Assembly (NCBI RefSeq): GCF_018128925.1
Contig: NZ_CP067007.1
Span: 628,164 to 660,163 of the forward strand
Length of the DNA: 32,000 bases
Source of the DNA: Nitrosopumilus sp. K4
GTDB lineage: Archaea; Thermoproteota; Nitrososphaeria; Nitrososphaerales; Nitrosopumilaceae
Direction: 5' to 3'
The notes below the pieces were generated by a model, which ran no database searches, was not told the DNA's origin, and saw nothing but the letters and a program-made list of their open reading frames with translations. A program made the position numbers and the translations under genes. Shown here in pieces: positions 1 through 7,848 of the stretch; within the stretch, counting starts at the first letter, position 1; the number at the start of each line of letters is the position of its first letter.

Positions 1-525
1 AAAGATGATGTTTTGCTAATCATTGGCAATACCAAAGATGAGATGGGAGGCTCTGAATACTTTGAATACATCCACAAGTTTATTGGAGGAAAATGCCCTG
101 TCGTTGATTTTGCCGAATCCAAAAAAAACATGACTGCTGTTCTTGATGTCATCAAAAAAAATCTTGCAAAAAATATCCATGACTGCTCAAAGGGAGGCAT
201 TGCTGTTGCAGTATCTGAATTATCCATGACCAATCAAATCGGATGTACTGTTTCATTACAAAAGGTACCTGGCACAAAATTATCTGAAGATAGACTGTTG
301 TTTTCTGAAAGCCATTCCAGATATCTTTTGGTTGTCAAAAAAGATAATGTCAAAAAAGTTGAAGAAACTCTAAAGAAAAACAAGGTGTCCTACAGTAAAA
401 TAGGAAAATTTGGTGGCGATCAAATCAGCTTTGTAAATGGCTCAAAGAAGATCATTGATCTAAGAGTTGATAAGGCACGTAAAGTCTGGTTAAGATCGTT
501 AGAGGAGTTGGTTTTACATGCCTAA
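1..525 (+). CDS. purL: Phosphoribosylformylglycinamidine (FGAM) synthase II PurL, C-terminal fragment; 5' end lies outside the window
   Basis: Open in frame from base 1. The translated LIIGNTKDEMGGSEYFEY...CSKGGIAVAVSELS matches the PurL C-terminal AIRS-like domain. The stop overlaps the purF start by 8 nt. Confidence 0.85.
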   Translation, partial: KDDVLLIIGNTKDEMGGSEYFEYIHKFIGGKCPVVDFAESKKNMTAVLDVIKKNLAKNIHDCSKGGIAVAVSELSMTNQIGCTVSLQKVPGTKLSEDRLLFSESHSRYLLVVKKDNVKKVEETLKKNKVSYSKIGKFGGDQISFVNGSKKIIDLRVDKARKVWLRSLEELVLHA

Positions 526-1957
526 AGTCAAAGAAAATTGTGGTGTAATTGGAATCTACAGCTTGTCTGGGACAAATGTTATTCCTATGGCAATTGATGC
601 ACTTCGTGCATTGCAGCACCGAGGACAAGAAGCTTGGGGTCTTGCAATTCCAAACAAAGAACCGCTTAAACGTTTAGGATTAGTCACTGCCTCTTCGTCT
701 GAATTCAAAAAAATTGCAGAAGAATATGCGTCTCCTTGTGTTATTGGACATGTTCGATATTCTACGATAGGACGTAGTTCATTAGACAATGCCCAGCCTC
801 TCAAAGTCAAAGACTTGTGTGTTGCCCATAACGGCACCATCGCAAATGTTCAGGAATTATCTAATCTGGTTGGTGGATGTTCTTTTACTCCACAAAACGC
901 AAGTGATACTTTGGTTGCAGCACAACGTTTGGTTAATCTGATTTCTGAGAATGGTCAGATGGGAAAGGCGCTATCTGTTCTAAAAAATGAAATGATAGGC
1001 TCATACTGCTTTACGTTTATCTCTGATGATCATTCTGTTTATGCTGCCCGTGATCCAAAAGGATTCAGGCCAATGGTTCTAGGACACAAAGAGTCTGATG
1101 ATACATACATTGTTGCATCTGAATCATCTGCATTATCCTCTACTGGTGCAAAACTTCAGCGCAATGTAACTCCTGGAGAATTAATTAGAATGAGTAAAGA
1201 TGGAATTGAAACAGAAAAATTTTCTGATGACAATTCTCGTGCCCACTGTTCATTTGAATTTACTTACTTTGCTCATCCCTCAAGTAACATGGAGGGAACT
1301 AACATCTATGTTGCAAGAAAAAACATTGGAAAATATCTTGCAAAGAAATTCCCACTAAAAGATGCTGATTTGGTAATCCCGGTTCCAGATTCTGCACGTC
1401 CTGCCGCATTAGGTTATGCACAGGAGCTTGGTGTTTCATTTGATGAAGGATTGCTAAAGGATCGTTATAGTAAGAAAGGGCCACTGCGAAGTTTTATTGA
1501 ACCTCATCAAACTGATAGGGTTGAAATTAACCGCTGGATTATCCCTATTAAAGAAATCATTCAAGACAAACATGTTGTTGTAATTGATGACAGTCTAGTA
1601 CGGGGCACGAGCTCAAAAGCTATTATCAAGGCATTAAGACGAGCAGGTGCAAGAAAAATCAGCATGGTGATTACCTACCCTCCGATAAAGTTTCCTTGCT
1701 ATGCTGGTATTGACTTTCCCTCTCAGGAAGAACTTGCAACATATTCGGATGGAAAGGATCTTTCTGATGAAGAACTTACAGACATGGTTAGAAAAAGCAT
1801 TGGAGCTGACTTTTTGGGATATAATGACGCTGAAAACCTTGCAACTGCGGTTGGAATTCCTAAAGACTCTATGTGCTTTACATGCTCTTCAGGAAATTAT
1901 GAATCACTTGGAATTACTCCTGAATTTAAGACCCGTGAAGAAATGAAAGGTGAATGA
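518..1957 (+). CDS. purF: Amidophosphoribosyltransferase (glutamine PRPP amidotransferase)
   Basis: 479 aa. Short propeptide followed by the Cys nucleophile (MPKVKEN-CGVIGIY). PRTase motif VVVIDDSLVRGTS. Cys residues (CSFEF, PCYAG, CFTCSSG) typical of Fe-S type PurF. Confidence 0.95.
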   Translation: MPKVKENCGVIGIYSLSGTNVIPMAIDALRALQHRGQEAWGLAIPNKEPLKRLGLVTASSSEFKKIAEEYASPCVIGHVRYSTIGRSSLDNAQPLKVKDLCVAHNGTIANVQELSNLVGGCSFTPQNASDTLVAAQRLVNLISENGQMGKALSVLKNEMIGSYCFTFISDDHSVYAARDPKGFRPMVLGHKESDDTYIVASESSALSSTGAKLQRNVTPGELIRMSKDGIETEKFSDDNSRAHCSFEFTYFAHPSSNMEGTNIYVARKNIGKYLAKKFPLKDADLVIPVPDSARPAALGYAQELGVSFDEGLLKDRYSKKGPLRSFIEPHQTDRVEINRWIIPIKEIIQDKHVVVIDDSLVRGTSSKAIIKALRRAGARKISMVITYPPIKFPCYAGIDFPSQEELATYSDGKDLSDEELTDMVRKSIGADFLGYNDAENLATAVGIPKDSMCFTCSSGNYESLGITPEFKTREEMKGE

Positions 1958-2204
1958 CTTGGAAACTGCTTATGTTTTAGTAAAAAGTGAAATCGCCCAT
2001 GAAATGGATGTCATGAATGAGATTCTAAAAGTCAATAATGTTAAAGAGGCAAAGGGTACTTTTGGCGTATATGATATCTTTGTCAAAATTGAAGGAAATA
2101 CCTCCCAAGAAATTGAAGATACTATAACAAAACAAATTAGAAAAATCAACCATGTTCTCTCAACTACAACTCTGTCTGTGATACCTGAACAAGACAAAAA
2201 ATAG
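1950..2204 (+). CDS. Stand-alone Lrp/AsnC-type ligand-binding (RAM) domain protein
   Basis: 84 aa. AYVLVKSE...VKEAKGTFGVYDIFVKIEG...IRKINHVLSTTTLSVI fits the beta-alpha-beta-beta-alpha-beta RAM pattern with no HTH. GTG start overlaps the purF stop by 8 nt; a TTG at 1959 is an alternative start. Confidence 0.7.
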   Translation: MNDLETAYVLVKSEIAHEMDVMNEILKVNNVKEAKGTFGVYDIFVKIEGNTSQEIEDTITKQIRKINHVLSTTTLSVIPEQDKK

Positions 2205-2246
2205 ACTGGATCTTTCTTTAAATATCGTTTTTTTGCTATTTTACAC

Positions 2247-2525
2247 ATGAAGGCAATATGGAATGATGTTGTGATTGCAGAAAGTGATGACACTGTAGTA
2301 GTTGAAGGAAATCATTATTTTCCAATTGATTCGATAAAACCTGAGTATTTTAAAAAAACTGATTTGACAACATTTTGTGGTTGGAAGGGCATGGCAAATT
2401 ATTATTCAGTTACAGTTAATGGCAAAACAAACAAGGACTGTGCATGGTATTATACCGAACCAAATGATGCTGCCAAGAAAATCAAAGGAATGGTTGCGTT
2501 CTGGAATGGCGTACAGGTGAAGTAA
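2247..2525 (+). CDS. DUF427 domain protein
   Basis: 92 aa. The pattern WNDVVIAESDDTVVVEGNHYFP...FCGWKGMANYY...AWYYTEP...GMVAFW is characteristic of DUF427. Confidence 0.8.
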   Translation: MKAIWNDVVIAESDDTVVVEGNHYFPIDSIKPEYFKKTDLTTFCGWKGMANYYSVTVNGKTNKDCAWYYTEPNDAAKKIKGMVAFWNGVQVK

Positions 2526-2561
2526 TCATTCTTAATTATTAGAAAAACCATTTACACTTCA

Positions 2562-2948
2562 GTGAATCAGTACACTGCACTCGTTGGCGTTGGTATAGGA
2601 GTTGTCGCCCTGATGGCAGTAATCTTTGGTTTGGATATTCTGAAGCTCTCAGTATCGACACAAGATCATGATATCTTCGTAGATCCTATAATTGATAAAC
2701 AAAACCTCTTTGTTACTGGCAGAATAACAATTCAAAACACTGGATCTCAACCATTGACAAACATCCGTGTAAATTTTGGAGCAGGTGACACCCTTGACCT
2801 TGGAACACTAAAGACTGGCCAAAAAATCATCATTTCTCCTCCTCCTGATAATCCGATGGAGTTTGTAATGATAGAGGCAGATGATGGAATCTTTGTTAAC
2901 AAGGCATATCGTGAATTGCCAAAGATGGTTGGAATGATGGGTTCGTAA
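2562..2948 (+). CDS. Membrane-anchored hypothetical protein (N-terminal TM helix, beta-rich ectodomain, possibly CARDB-like)
   Basis: 128 aa with a GTG start. Hydrophobic N-terminus ALVGVGIGVVALMAVIFGL. ITIQNTGSQPLTNIRVNF resembles beta-sandwich adhesion-type domains, but this is tentative. Confidence 0.55.
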   Translation: MNQYTALVGVGIGVVALMAVIFGLDILKLSVSTQDHDIFVDPIIDKQNLFVTGRITIQNTGSQPLTNIRVNFGAGDTLDLGTLKTGQKIIISPPPDNPMEFVMIEADDGIFVNKAYRELPKMVGMMGS

Positions 2949-2991
2949 GATTTCCGAGCAGTTAAATCTCATAATTTTCTAGCATGTTTGT

Positions 2992-3816
2992 TTGAAATTT
3001 CTCACCTCAGGCAAAGTAAAGGATCTGTATGATGTAGATGAAAACACACTTCTCTTCAAATTCTCTGATAGGGTTTCTGCATATGATGTGAAATTCAAAG
3101 AAGACATCCCAAAAAAAGGCGAGGTTTTGTGTAAATTTGCTGAGTTTTGGTTCGATGAACTGTCTGTTCCAAATCACTTTGTGAAAAGGCAATCAGATAC
3201 TGAAATTATTGTAAAGAAAATGAAGATGCTTCCAATCGAATGTGTGGTTAGAGGCTATTTTTATGGAAGTCTTGTTAGCAGATGGAAAAAAGGCGAAGTC
3301 AAAGTTTCAGAAGGCACTGATGCTAGACTTGCAGCCAAACTTCCAGAGCCTCTTTTTGATCCTACTACAAAGTCAGAACATGACATTCCAATTAACAAAG
3401 AAAAAGCTCTACAAATGAAACTTGTCACTGAAGAACAATACTCTTGGCTGGAAAGAACATCTATTGGTATTTACAAACAAATGTCTGCAGTTGCAGATAA
3501 GGCCGGATTCATTCTTGCTGATTTGAAATTAGAGTTTGGCATTTTAGATGGTAAAATCACATTGGGTGACTCTATTGGCCCTGATGAGTATAGATTATGG
3601 CCAAAGGATGCGTATGAGATTGGCAAAACCCAAGAAGCATACGATAAGCAAATTCTACGTGACTGGTTAACTGAAAACGGTTATCAAAAACAATTTGATG
3701 ATGCAAGAGATGCAGGAAAAGAACCTGTCCCGCCCTCTATTCCGCCTGAAATAATTCAAAAGATGACAAAACGATATGTCACTGCATTTGAAAATCTAAC
3801 CGGCCATTCTCTATGA
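2992..3816 (+). CDS. purC: Phosphoribosylaminoimidazole-succinocarboxamide (SAICAR) synthase
   Basis: 274 aa. N-terminal GKVKDLYDV...[10 protein letters not shown] and LADLKLEFG motifs of PurC. Apparent TTG start, with no in-frame ATG upstream of the conserved N-terminus. Confidence 0.92.
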   Translation: MKFLTSGKVKDLYDVDENTLLFKFSDRVSAYDVKFKEDIPKKGEVLCKFAEFWFDELSVPNHFVKRQSDTEIIVKKMKMLPIECVVRGYFYGSLVSRWKKGEVKVSEGTDARLAAKLPEPLFDPTTKSEHDIPINKEKALQMKLVTEEQYSWLERTSIGIYKQMSAVADKAGFILADLKLEFGILDGKITLGDSIGPDEYRLWPKDAYEIGKTQEAYDKQILRDWLTENGYQKQFDDARDAGKEPVPPSIPPEIIQKMTKRYVTAFENLTGHSL

Positions 3817-4186
3817 TTTCTATTTGTATTGCTGTCTTGATTATTTGCTGACTAGAAGCTAACGCTCAACTCGAATTTTATTTTTGGACCTTTTTGCAAA
3901 AACCGTTTTGACAGGTCATATGGCCTGTTTTGCAGGACATTTTTCCAGGACATGCTTTTTTTTGATGTCTTACTGATTTTTTTGGACCGATACAATAATC
4001 CTGCTCTTACTATCAATGATATTGTAATGGATTGAAATTATTTGAAAGCATTATGATATTTTTAGTAGCAGTAACCTAAAACATCGTAGTGCTATGATTA
4101 TTTTTGATGTAAAAAAAAATTGATGCGATTAGACAAAAAAATATGATACAAGGATCTTTTAGCTCATACCTGAACTACCTGTTAGT

Positions 4187-4699
4187 ATGTCTACGTTACT
4201 GGAAAAACAGATTAAAGTAAATCGTATTGTTACGACAAGCATTGAACATGCTCGTGCAATTGAAGACCCTGCACGTGCAAAAATTATTGAAATCCTGTAC
4301 AAAAAATCATTGTCAGCTGATCAAATTTCAAATGAGCTAAAAAAGATAGGGTACAAAAAAGCTCTGACTACAGTCCGTCATCATTTGGATATTCTAAAAG
4401 AATCAGGTCTGATTGAAATTGCAAAAATTGAAGAATCTCGTGGTGCAATCACAAAGTACTATAGCACTTCAACAAAACTGCTCGGATATGATGCACCTGA
4501 GGATTTTGATTCAAAATACTCAAAGGTCATTGATAACACGTCTGCCAAAATTGAAAAAATTCTAAAAAGCCTTACTCCAAAAACTACCAAATCAAAAAAG
4601 AGCAAAGGACAAAACCATGAAGATTATTCTCAGTATCTGGTATTGGAGATTATGAATCGTGCAATGACAAATGTACTTGAAAATTCGGGCAAAAAATAA
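4187..4699 (+). CDS. ArsR-family winged-HTH transcriptional regulator with Lys-rich C-terminal extension
   Basis: 170 aa. AIEDPARAKIIEILYKKSLSADQISNELK...TVRHHLDILKESGLIE is a typical ArsR/SmtB HTH. Confidence 0.8.
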   Translation: MSTLLEKQIKVNRIVTTSIEHARAIEDPARAKIIEILYKKSLSADQISNELKKIGYKKALTTVRHHLDILKESGLIEIAKIEESRGAITKYYSTSTKLLGYDAPEDFDSKYSKVIDNTSAKIEKILKSLTPKTTKSKKSKGQNHEDYSQYLVLEIMNRAMTNVLENSGKK

Positions 4700-4738
4700 T
4701 CGGTAAAACTAAAGTAACTCCAAAAAGAATCTCAAGAC

Positions 4739-5059
4739 ATGGTTCGTGTATTTTACAGCCAGAAGACAGAACAACTCATCGAACAGATGAAGTTGACTGG
4801 TTGGCGTCAACGAGTTCGAGAAAACCTTGATCATAGTCATCAGGATCTGTCTGATAATTGGAAATTGTGTGCAATTGGTGAGAGAATTAGGCTTGAAGGA
4901 CGTGACTTGAACTCCATTAAGGACTTGACTCCAGAGGCGATCAAACTTGGATATGATTTTTCAGTTGCAATGCAAGAAAAAGACAACCAAAAAGCACTTG
5001 AAATTATTACAAGGATTGAACAACTAGAAACAATTTGGAGAGACGAACAATATGGATGA
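4739..5059 (+). CDS. Hypothetical protein
   Basis: 106-aa ORF with no family recognised. Its stop overlaps the next gene's start (ATGGATGA, 8 nt), which suggests co-translation with the PPOX-fold gene. Confidence 0.55.
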   Translation: MVRVFYSQKTEQLIEQMKLTGWRQRVRENLDHSHQDLSDNWKLCAIGERIRLEGRDLNSIKDLTPEAIKLGYDFSVAMQEKDNQKALEIITRIEQLETIWRDEQYG

Positions 5060-5459
5060 AAAAGCCAAAAATTTGTTTTTGGGAAAAAATCTAGTTTACA
5101 TTGCAACCTTGATGAAAGATGGCTCACCACAACTCTCCCCTGTGTGGGCAGATTTTGAAGATGAACATATTTTGGTAAATACTGCTGAAGGAAGGATAAA
5201 ACACAAAAACGTTTTGCGTGATCCTCGCGTTGCAGTTTCAGTTGTCTCAAAAGACAACCCTCTTGACATGACAACAATTCGTGGAAAGGTTGTTGAATTA
5301 ATTCCAGACTATGATTACAAACATGCTGACAGACTAACGCAACAATACATGGGACGTGAACACTATCCTTTCAAAAGAGAAAATGAAAAAAGAATTATTT
5401 TGAAAATCAAACCAGAACGTGTTTTTGTTTTGCCTGAACTTAAAATGAATGACGAGTAA
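5052..5459 (+). CDS. Pyridoxamine 5'-phosphate oxidase-fold (split beta-barrel, FMN/F420-binding family) protein
   Basis: 135 aa. LVYIATLMKDGSPQLSPVW...HILVNTAEGRIKHKNVLRDPRVAVSV resembles PPOX-class F420/FMN-dependent enzymes. Confidence 0.75.
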   Translation: MDEKAKNLFLGKNLVYIATLMKDGSPQLSPVWADFEDEHILVNTAEGRIKHKNVLRDPRVAVSVVSKDNPLDMTTIRGKVVELIPDYDYKHADRLTQQYMGREHYPFKRENEKRIILKIKPERVFVLPELKMNDE

Positions 5460-5467
5460 AATTAAAC

Positions 5468-5495
5468 ATATTTCTAAACTCGAATTTAGAAACAT
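5468..5495. repeat. 28-bp imperfect palindrome, variant copy (ATATTTCTAAACTCGAATTTAGAAACAT)
   Basis: 11-bp arms around the CTCGAA loop. Lies between convergent genes, 9 nt after the PPOX stop and 47 nt after the basic-protein stop. Followed by TTTTATTTT. Confidence 0.8.
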
Positions 5496-5541
5496 TTTAT
5501 TTTGATACTGTCAAGTCTCGAAAAAAGATGGTAAAGGCAGC

Positions 5542-5913
5542 TTAACGTCGACGTTTTGCTGCCTTTCTCTTTGGAGCTGCTTTCTTAGCTGCAGTTTTTC
5601 TCTTTGGAGCGGCTTTGCGTTTTGCTGCCTTTCTCTTTGGAGCTGCTTTCTTAGCTGCAGTTTTTCTCTTTGGAGCGGCTTTGCGTTTTGCTGCCTTTCT
5701 CTTTGGAGCTGCTTTCTTAGCTGCAGTTTTTCTCTTTGGTGCTGCACGTTTTGTTGCACCTTTTCGAGTTGCGGCTGCTCTCTTAGCTGCGGCTCTTCTC
5801 TTTCGAGTAGCTGCTGCTTTTGCGGCTTCAGCTGCTTTCTTAGCTGCATTTCTCTTTCGAGTTCTTGCTGCTTTCTTAGCTGCCTCAGCTCGTTTGGCTT
5901 TGGATATTGCCAT
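5542..5913 (-). CDS. Highly basic Lys/Ala/Pro/Arg-rich repeat protein (histone H1 / AlgP-like low-complexity)
   Basis: 123 aa from the ATG at 5913; the track ORF starts at a TTG at 5925. The sequence is almost entirely A/K/R/P/T with repeated APKRKTAAKKAAPKRKAAKRKA units. All other frames of this stretch are also open, so the frame was chosen by the ATG, a TATA-like ctataat about 20 nt upstream, and protein plausibility. Confidence 0.6.
   Translation of the reverse strand: MAISKAKRAEAAKKAARTRKRNAAKKAAEAAKAAATRKRRAAAKRAAATRKGATKRAAPKRKTAAKKAAPKRKAAKRKAAPKRKTAAKKAAPKRKAAKRKAAPKRKTAAKKAAPKRKAAKRRR
5554..5751. repeat. Tandem repeat, 66-bp period, about 2.8 copies (copies 1 and 2 identical)
   Basis: Direct comparison shows 5554-5619 equals 5620-5685 base for base. 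The third copy is identical to position 5738 and then diverges. It encodes the 22-aa repeat of the basic protein. Confidence 0.95.
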
Positions 5914-6016
5914 ACAGATTTGCAAAAATTATAGATGTTATATGGTAAAAGTCATACAATATTGCGTCAACAATAGAATAATTTGACACATTTTTTGTTT
6001 TTTAGAAATTTATCGA

Positions 6017-6502
6017 TCAACAATTTGCAATGCAAACACTTCCAACATCAACTGTTGCTTGCGGTTTTAGCGGTTTTATTGTTACATTTAGCTGTTCTTG
6101 TTCATCATATGGGATATCAAACTGTGTTGTCCAACTAACTGGCTTGTTTGGCTCTAGGTAGTCCTCTAACAAGTCTTCTGCAGAAAATGCACCATAAACT
6201 GCTTCATGCTTTCTTAATTTTTCATCAATCAGGATAAACTGTCCGCCTGATATCCTGATTTCCTCATTGCTGATGTTTTTTGCATTTATCCTTATCTTCA
6301 CAAAGATGTTTTCTGGTTTTGTATCCTTGTTTCCGTTATGTGTACCATCAAATGTTATGACATATTCTATGGGACCGACAGTTATTGGCTCTCCTGCAAC
6401 TGCTGTCACATAATTTGTCTGGTATAGTGTATATGCGTATATTGCAACCCCCATGGAGATGATTATTGCACCAATTACTATGACCAAACCCATTCGTGCC
6501 AT
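6017..6502 (-). CDS. Membrane-anchored extracytoplasmic protein (possibly DUF4352-like Ig fold)
   Basis: 161 aa. N-terminal TM helix GLVIVIGAIIISMGVAIYAY, beta-rich body, C-terminal CIANC. The family assignment is tentative. Confidence 0.65.
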   Translation of the reverse strand: MARMGLVIVIGAIIISMGVAIYAYTLYQTNYVTAVAGEPITVGPIEYVITFDGTHNGNKDTKPENIFVKIRINAKNISNEEIRISGGQFILIDEKLRKHEAVYGAFSAEDLLEDYLEPNKPVSWTTQFDIPYDEQEQLNVTIKPLKPQATVDVGSVCIANC

Positions 6503-6560
6503 GGGTAAAATACTGAAAAATTGGTATATAGTTGAAGCGTAAATTCAGAAAAAAGTAAGC

Positions 6561-6604
6561 TTCAGGCCCGTGCATGATGCACAAGAGAGAGGGCTGGGCC
6601 TGAA
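6561..6604. other. GC-rich nested hairpin in a divergent intergenic region
   Basis: TTCAGGCCC (6561-6569) pairs perfectly with GGGCCTGAA (6596-6604). An inner palindrome GTGCAT-g-ATGCAC sits at 6570-6582. On the minus strand it is followed by a T6 run (plus-strand 6546-6556 A-rich). Confidence 0.5.
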
Positions 6605-6733
6605 TCTTGACTAGTATACGACTGAATATATCATAAAAAGGCCGGAATTTTGGTTATTTTGTGGGTTCCTTTTTGGAATTTTGTTGGGAAATTACCAATT
6701 GAATTAAAAATATGTCAAAAGGGTAGGGGTATT

Positions 6734-6838
6734 ATGGGAAGATTCAAGCCATTAGATAGAAAAGATTACATCAAAATCGTTGCAATTTTTGGAATTATTG
6801 CATTTCCTATACTGTTTGCATTGTCTGTTGTTGATTGA
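6734..6838 (+). CDS. Candidate small membrane protein (34 aa)
   Basis: The ATG at 6734 within track ORF 6650..6838 gives MGRFKPLDRKDYIKIVAIFGIIAFPILFALSVVD, a basic N-terminus plus one TM helix. No homology is known to me. Confidence 0.3.
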   Translation: MGRFKPLDRKDYIKIVAIFGIIAFPILFALSVVD

Positions 6839-6940
6839 TTTTAGTACAAAATTATTGTATTTTTGCGATCAAGTATGCTTGTCATAATTGCATAATACGC
6901 ACAGTTAATCTTTTATTTCTCATTTTTAGGACATGTGTCA

Positions 6941-7600
6941 ATGAATAGAAAAATTCTCTTAGGAGCAACAATTACAGCAACTTTTGCAGTATTGATGTTT
7001 GCAAGTCCTCTGGCATCTGCCATTACTAGTCTTACTGGTGGCAATCTGGATGTTACTGGAACCGCAATCGATTCTGTAACTTTTGATGTATCTCCAGGAA
7101 CCATTGACACACTTGGTAATGACTTTGGTGGATATGGTGTTTTAACTGATGGTACATTAGTAGTTGTTACGTCTCACAAAGGAGTCTATGACAGTGAAGG
7201 ACAAACACATCCTAACAAACATGTAACTTTTGATGTGTGTAATCAAGGATTAGTTACTGCTGGATTTTGTGGTCCTGAATGGCATACTCATATGGTAGAT
7301 CTTGCACCAGAAACAACCGGCACATGCAATCCAAATGTTGGTGTTGGATATCCTGCATTAGAGGTTGCAAATCTCTCATGGGAAGAAGCAACATCTCAAT
7401 TGACAATAGATGCACAATCTATTACTGTTGAAGGTGTTCCTTCGAGTCAATCACTCATAAGCTCAATTTCTGGCACGTCCGAAACTTGGAATACTGGAAA
7501 CATCGCAGGTGCACTTGTTGACTTTGATCTACGTGGTGCAATTGATGGTGATGGCAACTTACATGTCTGTGTTGAAAATATCGCAGCTGTAGTTCCTTAA
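6941..7600 (+). CDS. Secreted hypothetical protein (signal peptide, Cys-containing beta-rich domain)
   Basis: ATG at 6941; the track begins at a GTG at 6935. MNRKILLGATITATFAVLMFASPLASA looks like a signal peptide. The mature part is Gly/Thr/Val-rich with 4 Cys. Confidence 0.7.
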   Translation: MNRKILLGATITATFAVLMFASPLASAITSLTGGNLDVTGTAIDSVTFDVSPGTIDTLGNDFGGYGVLTDGTLVVVTSHKGVYDSEGQTHPNKHVTFDVCNQGLVTAGFCGPEWHTHMVDLAPETTGTCNPNVGVGYPALEVANLSWEEATSQLTIDAQSITVEGVPSSQSLISSISGTSETWNTGNIAGALVDFDLRGAIDGDGNLHVCVENIAAVVP

Positions 7601-7633
7601 TCCTTCTTTTTCTTTATTTTCTGACCATACATT

Positions 7634-7839
7634 ATGGGGTTTAGCTTTTACGCACGACTTTGAAACTTGACCCATGTTTATCTGGGAGACCTTGGTGGTT
7701 TGACGGTTGCATTTTATATCTAGGCACAAATGTTAAACCCCCCCTCAAAACACATGATTTTGAAAAAATGATATTGTGCCTAATATGACTAAAATTCATG
7801 GGGGGTTTAACGCCTAGGCATGATTTTGAAAAATTACCC
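7634..7839. repeat. Pair of roughly 40-bp direct repeats (7634-7673 and 7798-7839) with an internal inverted partial copy (7721-7745)
   Basis: ATGGGGTTTAGCTTTTACGCACGACTTTGAAACTTGACCC aligns with ATGGGGGGTTTAACGCCTAGGCATGATTTTGAAAAATTACCC at about 30 of 40 positions. GTTAAACCCCCC (7732-7743) is the exact reverse complement of GGGGGGTTTAAC (7800-7811). The 15-mer CATGATTTTGAAAAA occurs at both 7753 and 7819. Confidence 0.75.
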
Positions 7840-7848
7840 TTTTTTGAA

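Noticed and set aside
556-2293. Minus-strand and alternative-frame ORFs within purF and the RAM-domain gene (556..840, 1299..1484, 1701..1946, 1970..2293)
   Set aside because: These are shadows of strongly supported genes.
4840-5277. 145-aa minus-strand ORF
   Set aside because: It overlaps two coupled plus-strand genes, one a recognisable PPOX-fold protein, and has no domain signal.
5511-5986. Alternative frames over the 66-bp repeat (5511..5849 minus, Q/L/R-rich; 5615..5986 plus, A/F/L-rich)
   Set aside because: The repeat keeps all frames open. The Lys/Ala frame has an ATG with a TATA-like box upstream and yields a known type of basic protein, whereas the others lack sensible starts. This is still flagged as needing experimental confirmation.
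6573-6624. C/D-box sRNA: AUGAUGC at 6573-6579, CUGA at 6599-6602 and 6621-6624
   Set aside because: The C box is imperfect and the C-to-D' spacing is about 19 nt instead of the roughly 12 nt typical of archaeal sRNAs. There is no credible C' box and no terminal stem.
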